Origin: Octopus vulgaris | Taxonomy: Eukaryota | DNA: 64,000 nt | Assembly (NCBI GenBank): GCA_951406725.2 | Contig: OX597824.1 | Coordinates: 8,804,001-8,868,000, forward strand | Direction of reading: 5' to 3' | Shown: one piece after another, positions 36,845-52,412 of the stretch | Numbering within the stretch: the stretch's first letter is position 1 | Layout of the letters: each line of letters opens with the position of its first letter | Position numbers and translations under genes: made by a program | Notes under the pieces: generated by a model | The model's database searches: none | What the model was told of the DNA's origin: nothing | The model's input: only the letters and a program-made list of their open reading frames with translations

Positions 36845-38409
36845 GAATTCGCGATTGTTTTTCTTTATGTTCTCACCTTTGTAAATATATTTTCCTATTT
36901 TTCGATGGTGAATTCCCTATGTTTATTGGTATTTTCTAATTTAGTATTTTCGTCTTCATCGAATACATTTCGTTTCCTTGAAAATAAAATATCATAAGAT
37001 AAATCTTCCATGTAAAATTAGAACAATGCATTAACGTTTGTAGAGCCAGCGTCAACGGAACCAACAACGTTTAGTTTCCTTATCTGTATGGTTCATTCAC
37101 ACAGCGAATACATTGTACTTGAGTAGAAAATCATTCGAAATTATTTGGACAGAGTTGTGACAGAAGGAAAAATATCAAACTTCACTTGTGTTGCTTGGAC
37201 TTCCTCCAAAATATGTTGAATACTGTTTATAACATCTGTTTTTTTTTATCAATATATATTTGTTGCAAAAATCAGCCAAACGAACGGCATTATCACATTT
37301 TGCTTGAGCAATTTGCCTGTGCAAACATTTTTTCGTAGTTAGTAGGCTTTGAATGTTGCGATTATTCCTTGGTCTATTGGTTTTAATAATGATGTCATAT
37401 TTAGAAAAAAAATGGATGACATTTACATTTTCACACAAATGATCAGGTGCAGTTGGATGACCAGAAGATGTTATCTAAAATTATTAATGTGTTAAATGCA
37501 ATACTTCTTCGTTTACAATTATTTCTCAACAGTTTAACAAAAATAAGTTGAAAACCATTCTTCGTAAAAAAAAAAAAAAATTGGTCGACAATTCTTTTAT
37601 TGGCTCGCCAAAATATTGGAAGTGATCGATAGTTGCATTTCTTTCTTAATGAATGGCGTTTTGTTTAACGACCGGTTTTAATTTGAAATCTCCGCCCGCA
37701 GTCCCTCCAGATACAAGAATTAAACAATTTCTTGCAGACACTTCGGGATTTTCTTTTTTTTTTTTTTTCGTTTTTAAGAAATATAAATTCTTGAAGGCAT
37801 TTTTTCCAAAATAATCCAGTTTGGCCTCAGGTTCTTCAGTATACTCTTTTATTCAAGTATTTTCTTCAAAGTACCCCCCCCCACACACACACATAGACAA
37901 AGATACTTTGTGGCAGTTTCTTTATAATCACTGGCTGACTCTCCCCTTTGCTTTACATTACGCAGCCGAATTCTGTCCTTAAATTTTCAAAATCACCCAG
38001 CACTTGCATTAAATATCCCTTCAGTGCTGTTTTGAATGCCATTATTTTTCACGGTTGTAAACAGACTCAAAGCCTTTGCTTTTATTGTAGCTTCGAAAAC
38101 AGGAATTCATTTTTGATTATATTCTTCAATTCACACAGCATTTCTATCAAGGCAACGCTGTTATGTATTTTTATTGTTTGCAACTAAAATATACAGAAGC
38201 AAAAATATATAAACTGCAGCTAATTTACCTTTCTCTTTTATTTCAGCTGCATGTTGTATTATATTTTGGGGAAACGATTCCCCCGCGCAAAGATATCTGC
38301 AAATTTCCGAATTACTATCGCTAAGTGTTTGATGTTCTAGAACAAACATTCAAATTTTGCTTCACTGTTAATAGTCTCTTGGCTATTTTTTTGTAGTAAA
38401 GGCATTCAT
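36845..38409 (-). pseudogene. decayed Tigger/pogo (CENP-B-like HTH plus DDE_1) transposase
   Basis: Manual translation across stops and frameshifts gives the family motifs in order: IKAKALSLF, FNASAG*F*KFKDR..GESAS, TGLFWKK-MPSRIYIS, GGTAGGDFKLKP, LPIFWRANK, EEWF, LIILDN..GHP, NMTSLLKPIDQGIIATFKAY. Candidate ATG at 38409. Confidence 0.85.
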
Positions 38410-39369
38410 AGTACAAATACATTTTTGTATTTTCCCTATTTACTGAAGGTGGTTTATATAAAATAGCATTACCAGTCGTATATGCAAATGCATACATAAC
38501 TGCAGCACGTTATCGCATGACGACAGCCAAATGTATACGGATTGTTGAGTCACAGGATAAAAGATTTTCATTTTAGCGTACTAAACGAAAACTAGTATCA
38601 TTTTCGAATTCGTACAGAGTGTAATTTGTACTAGTTTGAATCCCGATTGACTGAATTATGGCTGTATTTCTTGACTGGAAGAGCAAAATCAACTACAATG
38701 ATAATTATAATTCACCTCATCGAATAAGAACTTCTCGCTTTTGGTTACTAGCGGAGATCATGTCCAGCTTTTTCGCCTTCCATTTTGTTTTAATTGCTTG
38801 TATGTACAGATATTTGTTCACAAATACACACCAATCAATGTGTATTTATGTAATACTATTTATTTGTGAACATGCGCCTACGACTCTTATTCGTCTCTGG
38901 ATTCTTTGTATAAATGTACATCAAACAGAAACTTGTAAAGATCTCTTCATCTTTAAGTGGTACTTTCAATATGCTGTAAACCAAATTCGCAAATCTTGAA
39001 AGAGAGATATTCGTATGTAAATGCATGGTTTTTCTATGTCGTTGGAGTGATTGCTATCTCTGTCAGTTATTTTTTCTCTAAAGAGATTAGAGATTGCCAT
39101 CGTTCCTCTTATAGCCTCTAGACCATTACTAATGCGTTGGCAACACAAAAAGACAGGAATATATTTTGTGACTACACGAATGATTTGTCAATGGAATTCT
39201 GACTGGGACTTTGCAATAAATATGAGACGCTCTGAGGATCTGTTTATGCCGTTTCATTGTGTTAAACACCACTAAATACATAGCAATTGCTTGAATTCAG
39301 AGGGCGTTTATGTATGCGTATGTGTGTGTGTGTGCTTTTGTGTGTGTAGGCAAATTTAACATAGATTGA

Positions 39370-40050
<681 letters not shown>

Positions 40051-40610
40051 GCACAGCGAGCTGACAAATTCAAGCTGAGAAAATATATAAAAAATTTCTG
40101 GATTTCATCAATCATATATTAAACTCTGTCTACATATGTTTTCTCTCATCGAATACGTGATGATTAAAATTGATTAGCAGGTGAATCTGTCTAGACGAAG
40201 ACAATATACCTCTTCAAATATAGCTGTGAGCAATGGTTATAAGACTCAATGTTAAAGAGTTAGCGCTTGAAGAAAATATCTCAAATAAAGGTTAATTGGA
40301 GAAAATATACATAATAATTCATATTAAATTATATTACTATTGTGGCTGTAAGTTATTTTGAAACTATTTGTAGTGACAAATGACGGCACCACCCATAGCT
40401 TTATCATCATCCTGCTGAATTTTAGATATAAACAGTTTGATTAATGTTAATGGTATTATTGCCATATAAGCAAACTTTTAAATCAGTTCAGATTTGATTT
40501 TGACATATTTGACCAGCAATGAGGACATTTGTACTTAGATGATTTCTACTGATTTGCTATTAGAAAGCATTAGCTTTCAAGTTCATCTCCGGGTTGCTTC
40601 CCTTGTCGTA

Positions 40611-40650
40611 TCTGGCTCTGATGATAGGCTTGTACTAGAAATACGTCTAC
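40611..40650 (+). ncRNA. fossil hammerhead core
   Basis: CTGATGA-TAG-GCTTGTA-CTA-GAAA-TACG-TC (40618-40647): both cores, a 3-bp helix II and a GUC site, but no helix I pairing. Confidence 0.4.
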
Positions 40651-40906
40651 TAGAGAAGGCTTTGAGATGACTGATGGCGGTTAAACTTTTGTTATTTCAT
40701 ATGAGAATTTTCTCCACGGAAAACCGGAGTAAAAAGGTCGTTTTTTTTTTTGCAGTACATATATGTAACAAATATTTTTCGACAGATTTAAAATACCGCA
40801 TTTCATGCCTACCAACGACAATTGTTATAATTCATATGAGGTGAGCGATGAAAATTTATGCATGAAATATTTTGACTGAAATATTTTTGAAATATTTTGA
40901 CATTTT

Positions 40907-40941
40907 CATGTCATTTAAATTGTTATTATTATTATTATTAA

Positions 40942-41002
<61 letters not shown>

Positions 41003-41558
41003 TATATTATTATATGTTTGCCTTTCGCTTTGTATTTTTACAAGTTGGCTCCAAGTCTCATCCACAGACCTCAAGCGACAAGTTGGAAGTTCATGTTGGT
41101 GTCATGCCTAGGGGGCGATATATTGGTTTTGTTCTAGAGAAAGTTTAATAAGCTATAAGAAAATTATGTGTTTGTTTTAAAATTTGAGATTATATAGAAA
41201 GTATTTTACGTAGGATATGGGCCGTTCCCATGAGCACCATCTTTTGAATTTCTGCCATTCTGGGGTTTCTTGGTATCTGAGTTAGGTAGCAATCAAACCA
41301 TTTTGCTATCATTCCTAGGGCAACAGCTATTGTTTTAGCCTTCAGGTTCCGCATTTTGCTGATTTCTATTTCAAGATCTTTATATTTGCACAGATTTTGG
41401 TAGGTCTTAACAGATACGTTTATATCGATTCGGACAGTCATATCAATGAGGAGGCATGATTTTCGTCTGAAGTCTTTGAGTATAATTCTGGCTTATTTGC
41501 ATGTCATTTAAATTGTTATTATTATTATTATTAATATTTTATTATTATTATTATTATC

Positions 41559-41617
<59 letters not shown>

Positions 41618-42124
41618 TATATTATTATATGTTTGCCTTTCGCTTTGTATTTTTACAAGTTGGCTCCAAGTCTCATCCACAGACCTCAAGCGACAAGTTG
41701 GAAGTTCATGTTGGTGTCATGCCTAGGGGGCGATATATTGGTTTTGTTCTAGAGAAAGTTTAATAAGCTATAAGAAAATTATGTGTTTGTTTTAAAATTT
41801 GAGATTATATAGAAAGTATTTTACGTAGGATATGGGCCGTTCCCATGAGCACCATCTTTTGAATTTCTGCCATTCTGGGGTTTCTTGGTATCTGAGTTAG
41901 GTAGCAATCAAACCATTTTGCTATCATTCCTAGGGCACCTATGACAACAGGTATTGTTTTAGTCTTCAGGTTCCGCATTTTGCTGATTTCTATTTCAACA
42001 TCTTTATATTTGCACAGATTTTGGTAGGTCTTAACAGATACGTTTATATCGATTCGGACAGTCATATCAATGAGGAGGCATGATTTTCGTCTGAAGTCTT
42101 TGAGTATAATGTCTGGCTTATTTG
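40907..42124. repeat. tandem duplication (40907-41499 and 41500-42124) of a Dong 3' end plus flank
   Basis: CATGTCATTTAAATTGTTATT begins both units. CAT microhomology at 40907, 41500 and 42125. Confidence 0.9.
41013..41499 (-). mobile_element. R4/Dong-clade non-LTR retrotransposon 3' fragment, copy 1
   Basis: ORF 41190-41441 (KYKDLEIEISKMRNLK...ALG...IQKMVLMGTAHILRKIL) plus 3' UTR ending in (TAA)n. Confidence 0.85.
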
Positions 42125-42270
42125 CATTTATCTTTCCGTCAGTTTGAATGGTGAAGTTCCAGAGGAGTAAGTAAGATATGATCATTTTCAAGCACTACGG
42201 GTGGTTTGTGTTCCCACCATTTTTTTATCATGGGACAGGTCCAGGTTTTTGCAAATTTACACAGTGAATA
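41628..42270 (-). mobile_element. R4/Dong-clade non-LTR retrotransposon 3' fragment with restriction-like endonuclease domain, copy 2
   Basis: WWEHKPPVVLEND then LLWNFTIQTDGKINANKPDIILKD...LLIDMTV...KYKD...IPVVIGALG is the PD-(D/E)xK RLE signature of R4/Dong elements. 5'-truncated, (TAA)n on both sides. Confidence 0.9.
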
Positions 42271-42272
42271 TA

Positions 42273-43210
<938 letters not shown>

Positions 43211-43340
43211 AGAACGGAGTACACATATTTGCAAACTTTACATCTACCACTGTGTCCCACTCTATTATTGTAGGAAAAATAAGAGGGAGAAAGAAAGAAA
43301 GAATTATGCATATTAGTGACTGCCTCCGATGACTACTCCT

Positions 43341-43395
43341 CCACCACGCCACGCCACACCACGCCGCGCCACGCCACGCCTCTGCTCCACGCCGC
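43341..43395. repeat. (CCACG)n pentanucleotide repeat
   Basis: CCACGCCACGCCACACCACGCCGCGCCACGCCACGCC. Confidence 0.85.
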
Positions 43396-43543
43396 ATATC
43401 CATTTGTGAAAGCCGGAATAATTAAAATGGACAAACATACCCAGTAATATTCCAACGGGAGAAGAATCGATTGCCGAAATATTTATAGTTATAAAGTAAC
43501 CTTCAGAAAATTGTTCGGATAAATTTAAAATGTCAATTTATAT

Positions 43544-43544
<1 letters not shown>

Positions 43545-43589
<45 letters not shown>

Positions 43590-43695
43590 CTATGCAGTGG
43601 CGGCAGCAGCAGCAGCAGTAGTAGCAGCAGCAATGGCGGCAACAGCAAACACAATGTTGCCAGGAGTGCTGCAGCAGTTGGTTCGGTATATAATT

Positions 43696-43747
<52 letters not shown>

Positions 43748-43922
43748 TGTAGTAGTAGTAGTAGTAGTAGTAGCAGTAGTAGTATTAGTGCTAGTAATAT
43801 TATTATTAGTAGTAGTAATAGTAGTAGTAGTAATAGTAGCTGCAACAGCAGCAGTTGTAATACTAGTAGAGGTAGTAGTATTAGTGGTGGTAAAAGTGGT
43901 GGTGGTTGTGGTGGCGACGGTG

Positions 43923-43977
<55 letters not shown>

Positions 43978-44279
43978 CTGCAGCAACAGAAGCAGCAGCA
44001 GAGGCAGTTGTAGTAGTAGTAGTAGTAGTAGTAGTAGCAGCAGTAGTATTAGTAGTAGTAGTAGTTATAATAGTAGAAGTAATTATCGTAGTAATAGTAG
44101 TAACGGTAGGATAAATAGTAACTGAAGTGGTAGTAGTAGTAATAGTAGGTGTAATAGTAGCGATAGTAGAATTAGTAGGAGAAATAACAGCGACATATTG
44201 TCCTTAGTCATCCTTTGCCCTGGTGGCAAATAAAAGATACCATCCTCATCCTCCTCCTCCTCCTCACCATCATCATAAC

Positions 44280-44312
<33 letters not shown>

Positions 44313-44580
44313 TGTCGTCATCGTCATCACCATCATCATCCTCATCATTGTCATCATCATCATCATCATCAACATCATCATCATTGTCGTCATCATCATC
44401 ATCATCATCATCACCATCACCATCATCATTATCATCGTCATCATCGTCCCGATCACGATCATCCGCATATTCCTCCCCCTCCCCCTCCTCCTCATCCACC
44501 TCTTCACCATCATCATCCTCATCACCCCCCACCCCCACTATCATAATCCCTATTGTCATCATCATCATCATTATTATTAA
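43545..44580. repeat. compound (CAG)n/(TAG)n/(TGG)n/(CAT)n tract
   Basis: Direct reading. Confidence 0.93.
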
Positions 44581-44747
44581 AGGCGGTGAAATGGCAGAAT
44601 CGTTAGCACGCTGATCAATATGCTAAGCGGCATTTCGTCCGTCTCTACGTTCTGGTTTCAAATTCCGCCGAGGTCGACTTTGCATTTCATCCTTTCGGGG
44701 TTGATAAAATAAGTACCAGTTACGAACTGGTGTCGATATAATCGACC
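44581..44747 (+). mobile_element. SINE family A, head and body
   Basis: AGGCGGTGAAATGGCAGAATCGTTAGC...CCTTTCGGGGTTGATAAAATAAGTACCAG. Confidence 0.85.
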
Positions 44748-45019
44748 TTCAAAATTTCCACTAACAATAAGTTCAAGGTAGAAATCACCAGGTGCTTTCA
44801 TCGCAAGCTGATGCAGGTAATTTATCCCATGCCCCTCTGGCTGTCAGTTCATGCAATTCAAAAAACCAAATTATCTTTGGGATGACTCAATATATATATA
44901 TTTTTTTCCTATGTATGGTGACTTTAAAATCACTCTGTACATTACGCAATATGTCGATAACAGTACTGATATCTCTTGGCATAGAGACATTTAAGAAAAC
45001 AGAAGTGTACACACACACA

Positions 45020-45110
<91 letters not shown>

Positions 45111-45507
45111 GCTTTTAGACAAGACGAATCCAGCGGTCTTAAACTTTTCAAAGCATATTTCTAAACAAATACATGACCGCGTTTCATTTTTTTCAATTAA
45201 TTTTGAAAATAATCAAGAATTCGTAAGGGTTTAGTAAAATAATTAACTTTTTCTTTAAATTAGTGACTGGGAGATAACTGATTAAAAAAAAAATTGCATA
45301 AAATGATGATAGAAAGATTTAATTAAAATATGGACACTTAAAAAAATTAATTAGAGAATTTCTTTCTGTCACAAGACTAAAAGTATTTTCAGATGTTTTA
45401 GCATCGAAAGTTCTGAGAAGATTATGACGAGAGAAAATATATTAGTTAAGGGCGACTTAAATGCCACTAAAGTGCACAGCACCACCATTTCTGTAACGTA
45501 TAATACC

Positions 45508-45918
45508 TATTTCTTTACTACACACAAGGGGCTAAACACAGAGAGGACACACAAGGACAAACAAACGGATTAAGTCAATTATATCGACTCCAGTGCGTAA
45601 CTGGTACTTATTTAATCGACCCCGAACGGATGAAAGGCAAAGTCGACCTCGGCGGAATTTGAACTGAGAACGTAAAGACAGACGAAATACCTATTTCTTT
45701 ACTACCCACAAGGGCTAAACACAGAGAGGACAAACAAGGGTAGAGAAACGGATTAAGTCGATTATATGGACCCCAGTACGTAACTGGTCCTTAATTTATC
45801 CACCCCGAAAGGATGAAAGGCAAAATCGACCTTGGCAGAATTTGAACTCAGAACGTAGCGGCAGAGGAAATACCGCTAAGCCTTTCGCCCGGCGTGCTAA
45901 CGTTTCTGCCAGCTCGCC
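45508..45918 (-). mobile_element. SINE A1 dimer
   Basis: Junction at 45691/45692 identical in position to the other multimers. Confidence 0.9.
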
Positions 45919-46257
45919 TATATGTAGGTGTGGAAAGACGTCGAAGAAGGCAAAACTCTCATCGCACCTTGTCACCGATGTTTGTCTAAGAGGGAAGTCA
46001 CCGACTTCGGCCGATACAACTTGGTACCATTGTCATCACGAGTGTTGATATCAGAAGACAATGGCCGGAACGAATAGTTCAAAGCATTTTGCTTACGTCT
46101 ATAACAATTCTGTGACTCCACCGCCCTGAATTGGTTTACCAATAACGTCCTAATAATATATGAAGTCGAGCCTTTATAATATGATAAAGAATAAAACCTC
46201 ATTCTAGACTACCACCAGCGAATATATCTGCTTTGATGATACACTATTGTATTTTCA

Positions 46258-46530
46258 GTAGGTGCTGTATGGCTGAATGAGGAGTTCGATTTCCTGGTCA
46301 TGAGATTCCGGTGTTCAACCTGCCGCGTAGTATCTTGGGTAAATGTTATTTTCTCTATCCTTGAGTCGACCTGTATCTTGTGAGTGAACTTGAAGAGAAG
46401 GAAACTGTACTGAAGCTCATCGGGTGAATCGTACATTTAATTCAAAAGGAACAATTCACTCGGTAGAATGCTCAGTTACTTTAACGTTAATTCAGGAGCA
46501 GGTAACTCAGTCGGTCGAACAACTGAATCT
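46258..46530 (+). mobile_element. old diverged SINE (B-like head, C-type-2-like tail remnant)
   Basis: TAGGTGCTGTATGGCTGAATG...GGTGTTCAACCC...TCTTGGGTAAATG...TTGTGAGTGAACTTG...GGAAACTG, then ACGTTAATTCAGGAGCAGG. Confidence 0.5.
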
Positions 46531-47539
46531 TTATAGCCAAACAACAAAGGTCCACCACTACGGCCGTTTCACGTTCAGATATGAAAAGAACATTTTATCG
46601 CTTTGTCAAAAGAAAATGCAACACTTCTCGCTCTTTTCAGAGACTCTGAGTATGGAGGGGGTGTCTACGAAGTAGACCTAAATCGACCATTTGACCAACC
46701 TCTCTGCTAAACATACACAAGAAGTACGTGGCGATGGTGGTGATGTTATTTTAAATGGTGCGACGGTTTAACAACCACTCAATAGGGCCACATCAGGATT
46801 TGAAATCAGAAGAAAAAGAGCCGGATCAAGTGCCGCAATGCATACTATCCGATGCTCTTACGATTCTTAATCCCACCAGTATACCATTACGACAGATATT
46901 TTATCTATTGACTCCAAGATGACGTAAGACAAAGTCAACCTCGGCGGAAAATTGAAACCGAAAGAAGCTGGAATGAAATCATTCCGCAAAGCATTTCCTT
47001 CGAAGCTCTAACGACACTGTCAAATCGATTTGTGATAGAAAAATATTTGTAAATAATAAATAGAGAAATTTACAGAGTGTGTCACTCAAAACTTAGACAC
47101 ATTTACATAATGTTATTGTTGATGTTCGCAGAGGATTTTCGTCGCTTTCGATGATGAAATTTCAATTCGATCAACTGAATTATCTGCTCTTGAATTACAG
47201 CATACGCCGCAGAGCATTCAACAGACGCGTGTTTATGTAACGTACCTCATCAGCAGAAACAGCGTGGCACAGCTTATGACAAGAGCTGTACCTGTCGATT
47301 TACATGCACAATCCACTCGATGGGGTTCAATATAGTTTTTCACTAACACATTTCACTTACAGATTAAGGGCCGAATTACGCTATAGAAAACATAAGTGGC
47401 GCTAGTTCTCAGACATTGGAATCGAACACGTGTATCCGTGATTGCATCGCCGACTTCATAGCCATTGGCCATACTGTACCCATATATACATACAAAAAAT
47501 ATACTTCACCCCCCACTACATGCACACTGATATATGTAT

Positions 47540-47587
<48 letters not shown>

Positions 47588-48579
47588 ATATATACATAAA
47601 ACTTAGATAAAAATATAGATATATTTCGACCAAAGATTGGTCCAGGCCATTTGTAACTTAATAGCACCACCTGATAGGATTATCTAAATCCTTTAAGTCA
47701 AGTTTTGTTTATGGTCCATTCAAGTAGTGAGTTCTTGTTGAGTGAGTTGTATCCAGGTATGAGTGACTTATCTGGTATTCCTATATATGTTTGTATATAC
47801 TTGCTCGTGTATACAAACACACAAACAAACACACACATATATATGTATGTATATACTTGCTCGTGTATACAAACACACACACGCGCACACGCAGATATAC
47901 ACCAAACACCGTGTCTTAGAAGTGTTGGCTTCTCGATCAAAGATTTTCTTAGCCTTTCCTTTGGACTTTTTTTTCCTTTTGTAAATTGCTTCGTCAGTGT
48001 ATCTGACTTACGCTTACAGCTTTTAGATATCCATTTAACCTTGGTCTGATTAAATTCCATTCCGAGAAGCTTCATTGACTGACCGCAGGAACAAAGATAC
48101 TATAAACGACAAATGGCAATACATAAGTTATAACCTTCAAATTCCTATCACGTGCATGAAATAGGATTAGACGGGCAATATTATCATGCGTAGGATAAGA
48201 TCCTTGATAACCCCGGAACGTCACGAAGTCTGAAATGAGCTTTTCTCCGTCTTGGCTACCATGAAAAATGCACAACAGAGTGAGAGATAAAGAAAGAGAA
48301 ATATATATAGAAAGACAGAGAGAGAGAGAGAGGAGAGAGAGAGAAAGGGAGGGAAGGAGAGAGAGAGAAGATACGTTCGTGAAACTGCAGTTAAATTCTG
48401 TTTAATCAACTCCTCCGACTAATATCCTATTTAAATTTCCGCCCCATCGAAACCCTTACTAATCTCATTCTACTTAAGGGGTGATTGAATTACGCGGAAA
48501 GAAACTGAATATGAGCATCAAGTTGTCTAATTTATCGATAAGCATTCACCCTCACACTTACACCATACAAAATTGCACG

Positions 48580-48608
48580 AATACACACATACACACATAC
48601 ATATATGC

Positions 48609-48657
<49 letters not shown>

Positions 48658-48698
48658 TATACTCGCTTATGTGTGTATGTTTATGTATATACATACAC

Positions 48699-48745
<47 letters not shown>

Positions 48746-48783
48746 CCCGCTTCTGTGCGTATGTATATATATATATATATCCG

Positions 48784-48824
<41 letters not shown>

Positions 48825-48935
48825 GCGTGTGTATATGTTTATATATATATGTGTTTATAACATACACACATATATATATGATATAAATATATATATATAC
48901 ATAAATAAATCCATAGATACACACACACACACCAC

Positions 48936-48988
<53 letters not shown>

Positions 48989-49070
48989 TCATATAAGCTC
49001 AAAGACATATATATTACACTCACGCACATACAAATACACACAGACGCGCACGCATGCATATATGTATGTA
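48580..49070. repeat. (TA)n/(CA)n tract
   Basis: Direct reading. Confidence 0.9.
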
Positions 49071-49770
49071 TGGACAGGGTGTTTTTCCGAAACGGAGATT
49101 ATCGATTTTAGCTTCGATTTGCGTCCACGCCAATCATAATCCATCTTTATTAAATGTTTACCGATATTTCATACCAGCTAGTTGTGATTTATTTTAATTT
49201 CACGGTGGAGTTATATTCATAGAATTTTATTTTTTTTGCTCGTAGCAGGACTTTTCCTAGCTTTCCGAAATAAATTAAATAGTATGAAATTAATAACAAA
49301 ATAGTTGAGGATATATAGAAATATATATATATATATATAAAAGTTACAACAAAATAACAAACAAACTAAAGGATAAATCAAAAATATAAAGAAATACAAA
49401 TTATGCCGAAACATGTTATATATTTGTGTTGCTGTGTAAAATGCTAAGGAAATGGTTAATGACGGAACACGATCCGGTTTTTATTAGAGACGTTAAATGA
49501 TTAAATAAAAGTACGAGTAAATTAATATTCGTGTTAGCATAAATGTATGCAGCGCGGCAATGTGCACACATGCAGAACTGTAAATATTTACGATAAGGTT
49601 TTAGAATCATAATGCACGCGTGTTCACACAGACGCACACGCACATATGCATATCGGTATATATATATAATCGCATATATGAATATATATACATATACATG
49701 TACTCACGAACAAGCACGATCACACAAACACACACGTCTATATATCTGTCTACCTATTCCGCTATCATTA

Positions 49771-49866
<96 letters not shown>

Positions 49867-49919
49867 GATAAGTTCATACATGAACACACATAATTATATG
49901 CATAGATAGATAATTATAT

Positions 49920-50146
49920 GCGAGCTGGCAGAAACGTTAGCACGTCGGGCGAAATGCTTAGCAGTATTTCGTCTGCCGTTACGTTCTGAGTTCAAATTCC
50001 GCCGTGGTCGACTTTGCCTTTCATCCTTTCGGGGTCGATAAATTAAGTACCAGTTACGCACTGGGGTCGATGTATTCGAGTTAATCCTTTTGTCTGTCCT
50101 TGTTTGTCCCCTCTGTGTTTAGCCCCCTGTGGGCAATAAAGAAATA
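49920..50146 (+). mobile_element. SINE family A, tail A1, full length
   Basis: GCGAGCTGGCAGAAACGTTAGC...GCCCCCTGTGGGCAATAAAGAAATA. Confidence 0.92.
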
Positions 50147-50256
50147 TATACGCATGCATACATGCATAGGCACATATATTATATAAAACTATAGCCACCA
50201 CTGAGTTTCACGTCTCCATTCTTCGAGCGATATTTGAAACTTAAAGTTATGATATT

Positions 50257-50533
50257 TGTAGAGCAGCGGTCAAGGGGTCGCGGGTTCGAATCTCAGACTG
50301 GGTGATGTGTGTGTTTATGAGCGAAAACATCTAAGCTTTACGCTGTTCCGTCAGAAGGTAATGGCGAATTACTGCTGACTCTTTAGCCACAACTTTCTGT
50401 CACTCTTTCCTCCCGCATCTTGCAGCTCACCTGCGACAGACCGGCGTCCCTCCAGGTGGGGAACTTATACGCCAAGGAAACTGGGAAACCGGCCCTTATG
50501 AGTCAGGCGTGGTTCGAGAAGAAACAAATAACA
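50257..50533 (+). mobile_element. SINE family C, tail type 3
   Basis: GGTCGCGGGTTCGAATCTCAGACTGGGTGATGTGTGTGTTTATGAGCGAAAACA matches the C head and body. Tail GACCGGCGTCCCTCCAGGTGGGG...GAAACTGGGAAACCGGCCC differs from tails 1 and 2. Confidence 0.75.
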
Positions 50534-50571
50534 ACCTATTTTGGAAATCCCTATTATATATCAGCTTCAAC

Positions 50572-50777
50572 TTTTTGGCACAAGGCCAGCAATTACGGGG
50601 TGGGACTCTGTCCATTTCATCGAACCCAGTACACAACGGGTACTAATTATATCGATTCCGAAGTTGTGAAAGTGAAACGATGACACTACTGGTATTTGAA
50701 ATTAGAACGAAAAGGCGGACGAAATGACGATAAACATTTAATCCGGCGTGCTAACGATTCTGCCTGCTCACCGCCTA
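50572..50777 (-). mobile_element. diverged SINE A, tail A2
   Basis: GGCACAAGGCCAGCAATT...CCGGCGTGCTAACGATTCTGCCTGCTCACCGCC. Confidence 0.75.
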
Positions 50778-51137
50778 GTAAATCACAATTATATATTAAC
50801 TTACTGAAACCTACCCCTCGCCACTAAACAACAACAAAATCACAATTAAAAGATATATTTTTAAATCTTACGATCCAAGAAACAGCCGGTCCATATTTTT
50901 CGAGGAAAAGGAGTGCTGAAGCGAAACTGAAAGTATTGGAATCCTTCAGCCACTATTATTAGAATCAATTAAACTATTCTTTGTAGCAGCAGACATGTCT
51001 GTGGAATTTCTAGCACTTGGATTCAGATTCAGTTCCACTGTACGACACTTGGAGAAAGTGGTTTCCACTATGGCCTCCGGACGATCAATGCTTGTTTGTG
51101 AATTCGGCAGAAAAAATCTGTGCATAAGCTCGTTAAA

Positions 51138-51312
51138 TACATGCATACATACATACATACATACATACATACTTACATACATTCATACATTCATACATAC
51201 ACACTTACATACATACATACATACATACACACACACATACATACATTCATACATTCATACATACACACACACACATACATACATACATACATACACACAT
51301 ACATACATACAT

Positions 51313-51366
<54 letters not shown>

Positions 51367-51690
51367 ATACATACATACATACACACATGCATACATACAT
51401 ACATACATACATTCCTACATACGTACATACATACATACATACATACATACATACATACATTCATACATTCATACATACATACATTCCTACATACGTACAT
51501 ACATACGTACATACATACGTACATACATACATACATACATACATTCCTACATACATACATACATACATACACACATACACACACACATACACACACACAC
51601 ACACATACATACATACATACATACATACATACATACATACATACATACATACATACATACATACATACATACATGCATACATATATATGT
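51138..51690. repeat. (CATA)n/(CA)n tract
   Basis: Direct reading. Confidence 0.95.
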
Positions 51691-52074
51691 TGGCACTTAT
51701 CGAACTAGTTACAAATCGAAGACGTGACTTTATATAGCTGTTTATAAATATAAGAACCTCTGGAGTGCTCCAGATCGAATTATAATAATGGTATTCCAAA
51801 TAGTTTGTCCGCCATGTCGTGCAATAACCAAATAACGGGAAAACTGTCCAAATTCTCCTCGTGAATTATCCACAGGACATTATTTTGATTCAATTTAGAA
51901 AACACCAAATGGAAAATATATTTATCAAACACTGTGCAAATTCACAGGTCTTCGACCTGTAACTGTTAATTCTGCTAAATATTAGTAAAATTTGTGTGGT
52001 AAGTAGCTTGCTTAGAGTATACTCATAGTTTGAGTTAAATTTTTTTCATTTAAATCAACACCCCATCAGCGAGA

Positions 52075-52121
52075 AGACAAACAGACACATACATACATAC
52101 ATACATACATACATACATACA

Positions 52122-52157
<36 letters not shown>

Positions 52158-52327
52158 CACGACGGGCTTCTTTCAGTTTCCGTCTACCAAGGCTTTCTGT
52201 CTCGCACAAGGCTTTGGTTGGCCTATAGTAGAAGACTCTTGCCCAAGTTGCCACGCTGTGGGACTGAACCCGGAACCATGTGGTCGGTAAGCAAGCCACT
52301 TACCAAACAGTCACTCCTGCACCTGCG
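52075..52327 (-). mobile_element. SINE family B 5' half
   Basis: ACGACGGGCTTCTTTCAGTTTCCGTCTACCAA...GGGACTGAACCCGGAACCATGTGG...CACTCCTGCACCT. Confidence 0.85.
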
Positions 52328-52346
52328 ACACAGCTTCCTGTCCCTC

Positions 52347-52412
<66 letters not shown>

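Noticed and set aside
44083-44571. Poly-Asp/Glu ORF and opposite-strand poly-His ORF
   Set aside because: (CAT)n/(CCT)n repeat open in five frames; compositional artefact.
47220-47258. Minus-strand CTGATGAG...TAAACACGCGTC hammerhead look-alike
   Set aside because: GAAA core and helix I are absent, and the segment aligns with the decayed SINE C type-2 tail, so it is probably coincidental.
49404-49420. GAAACATGTT, and GAAACGCGTT at about 52577, with palindromic helix III-like sequence
   Set aside because: No CUGANGA core or helix II upstream in either case.
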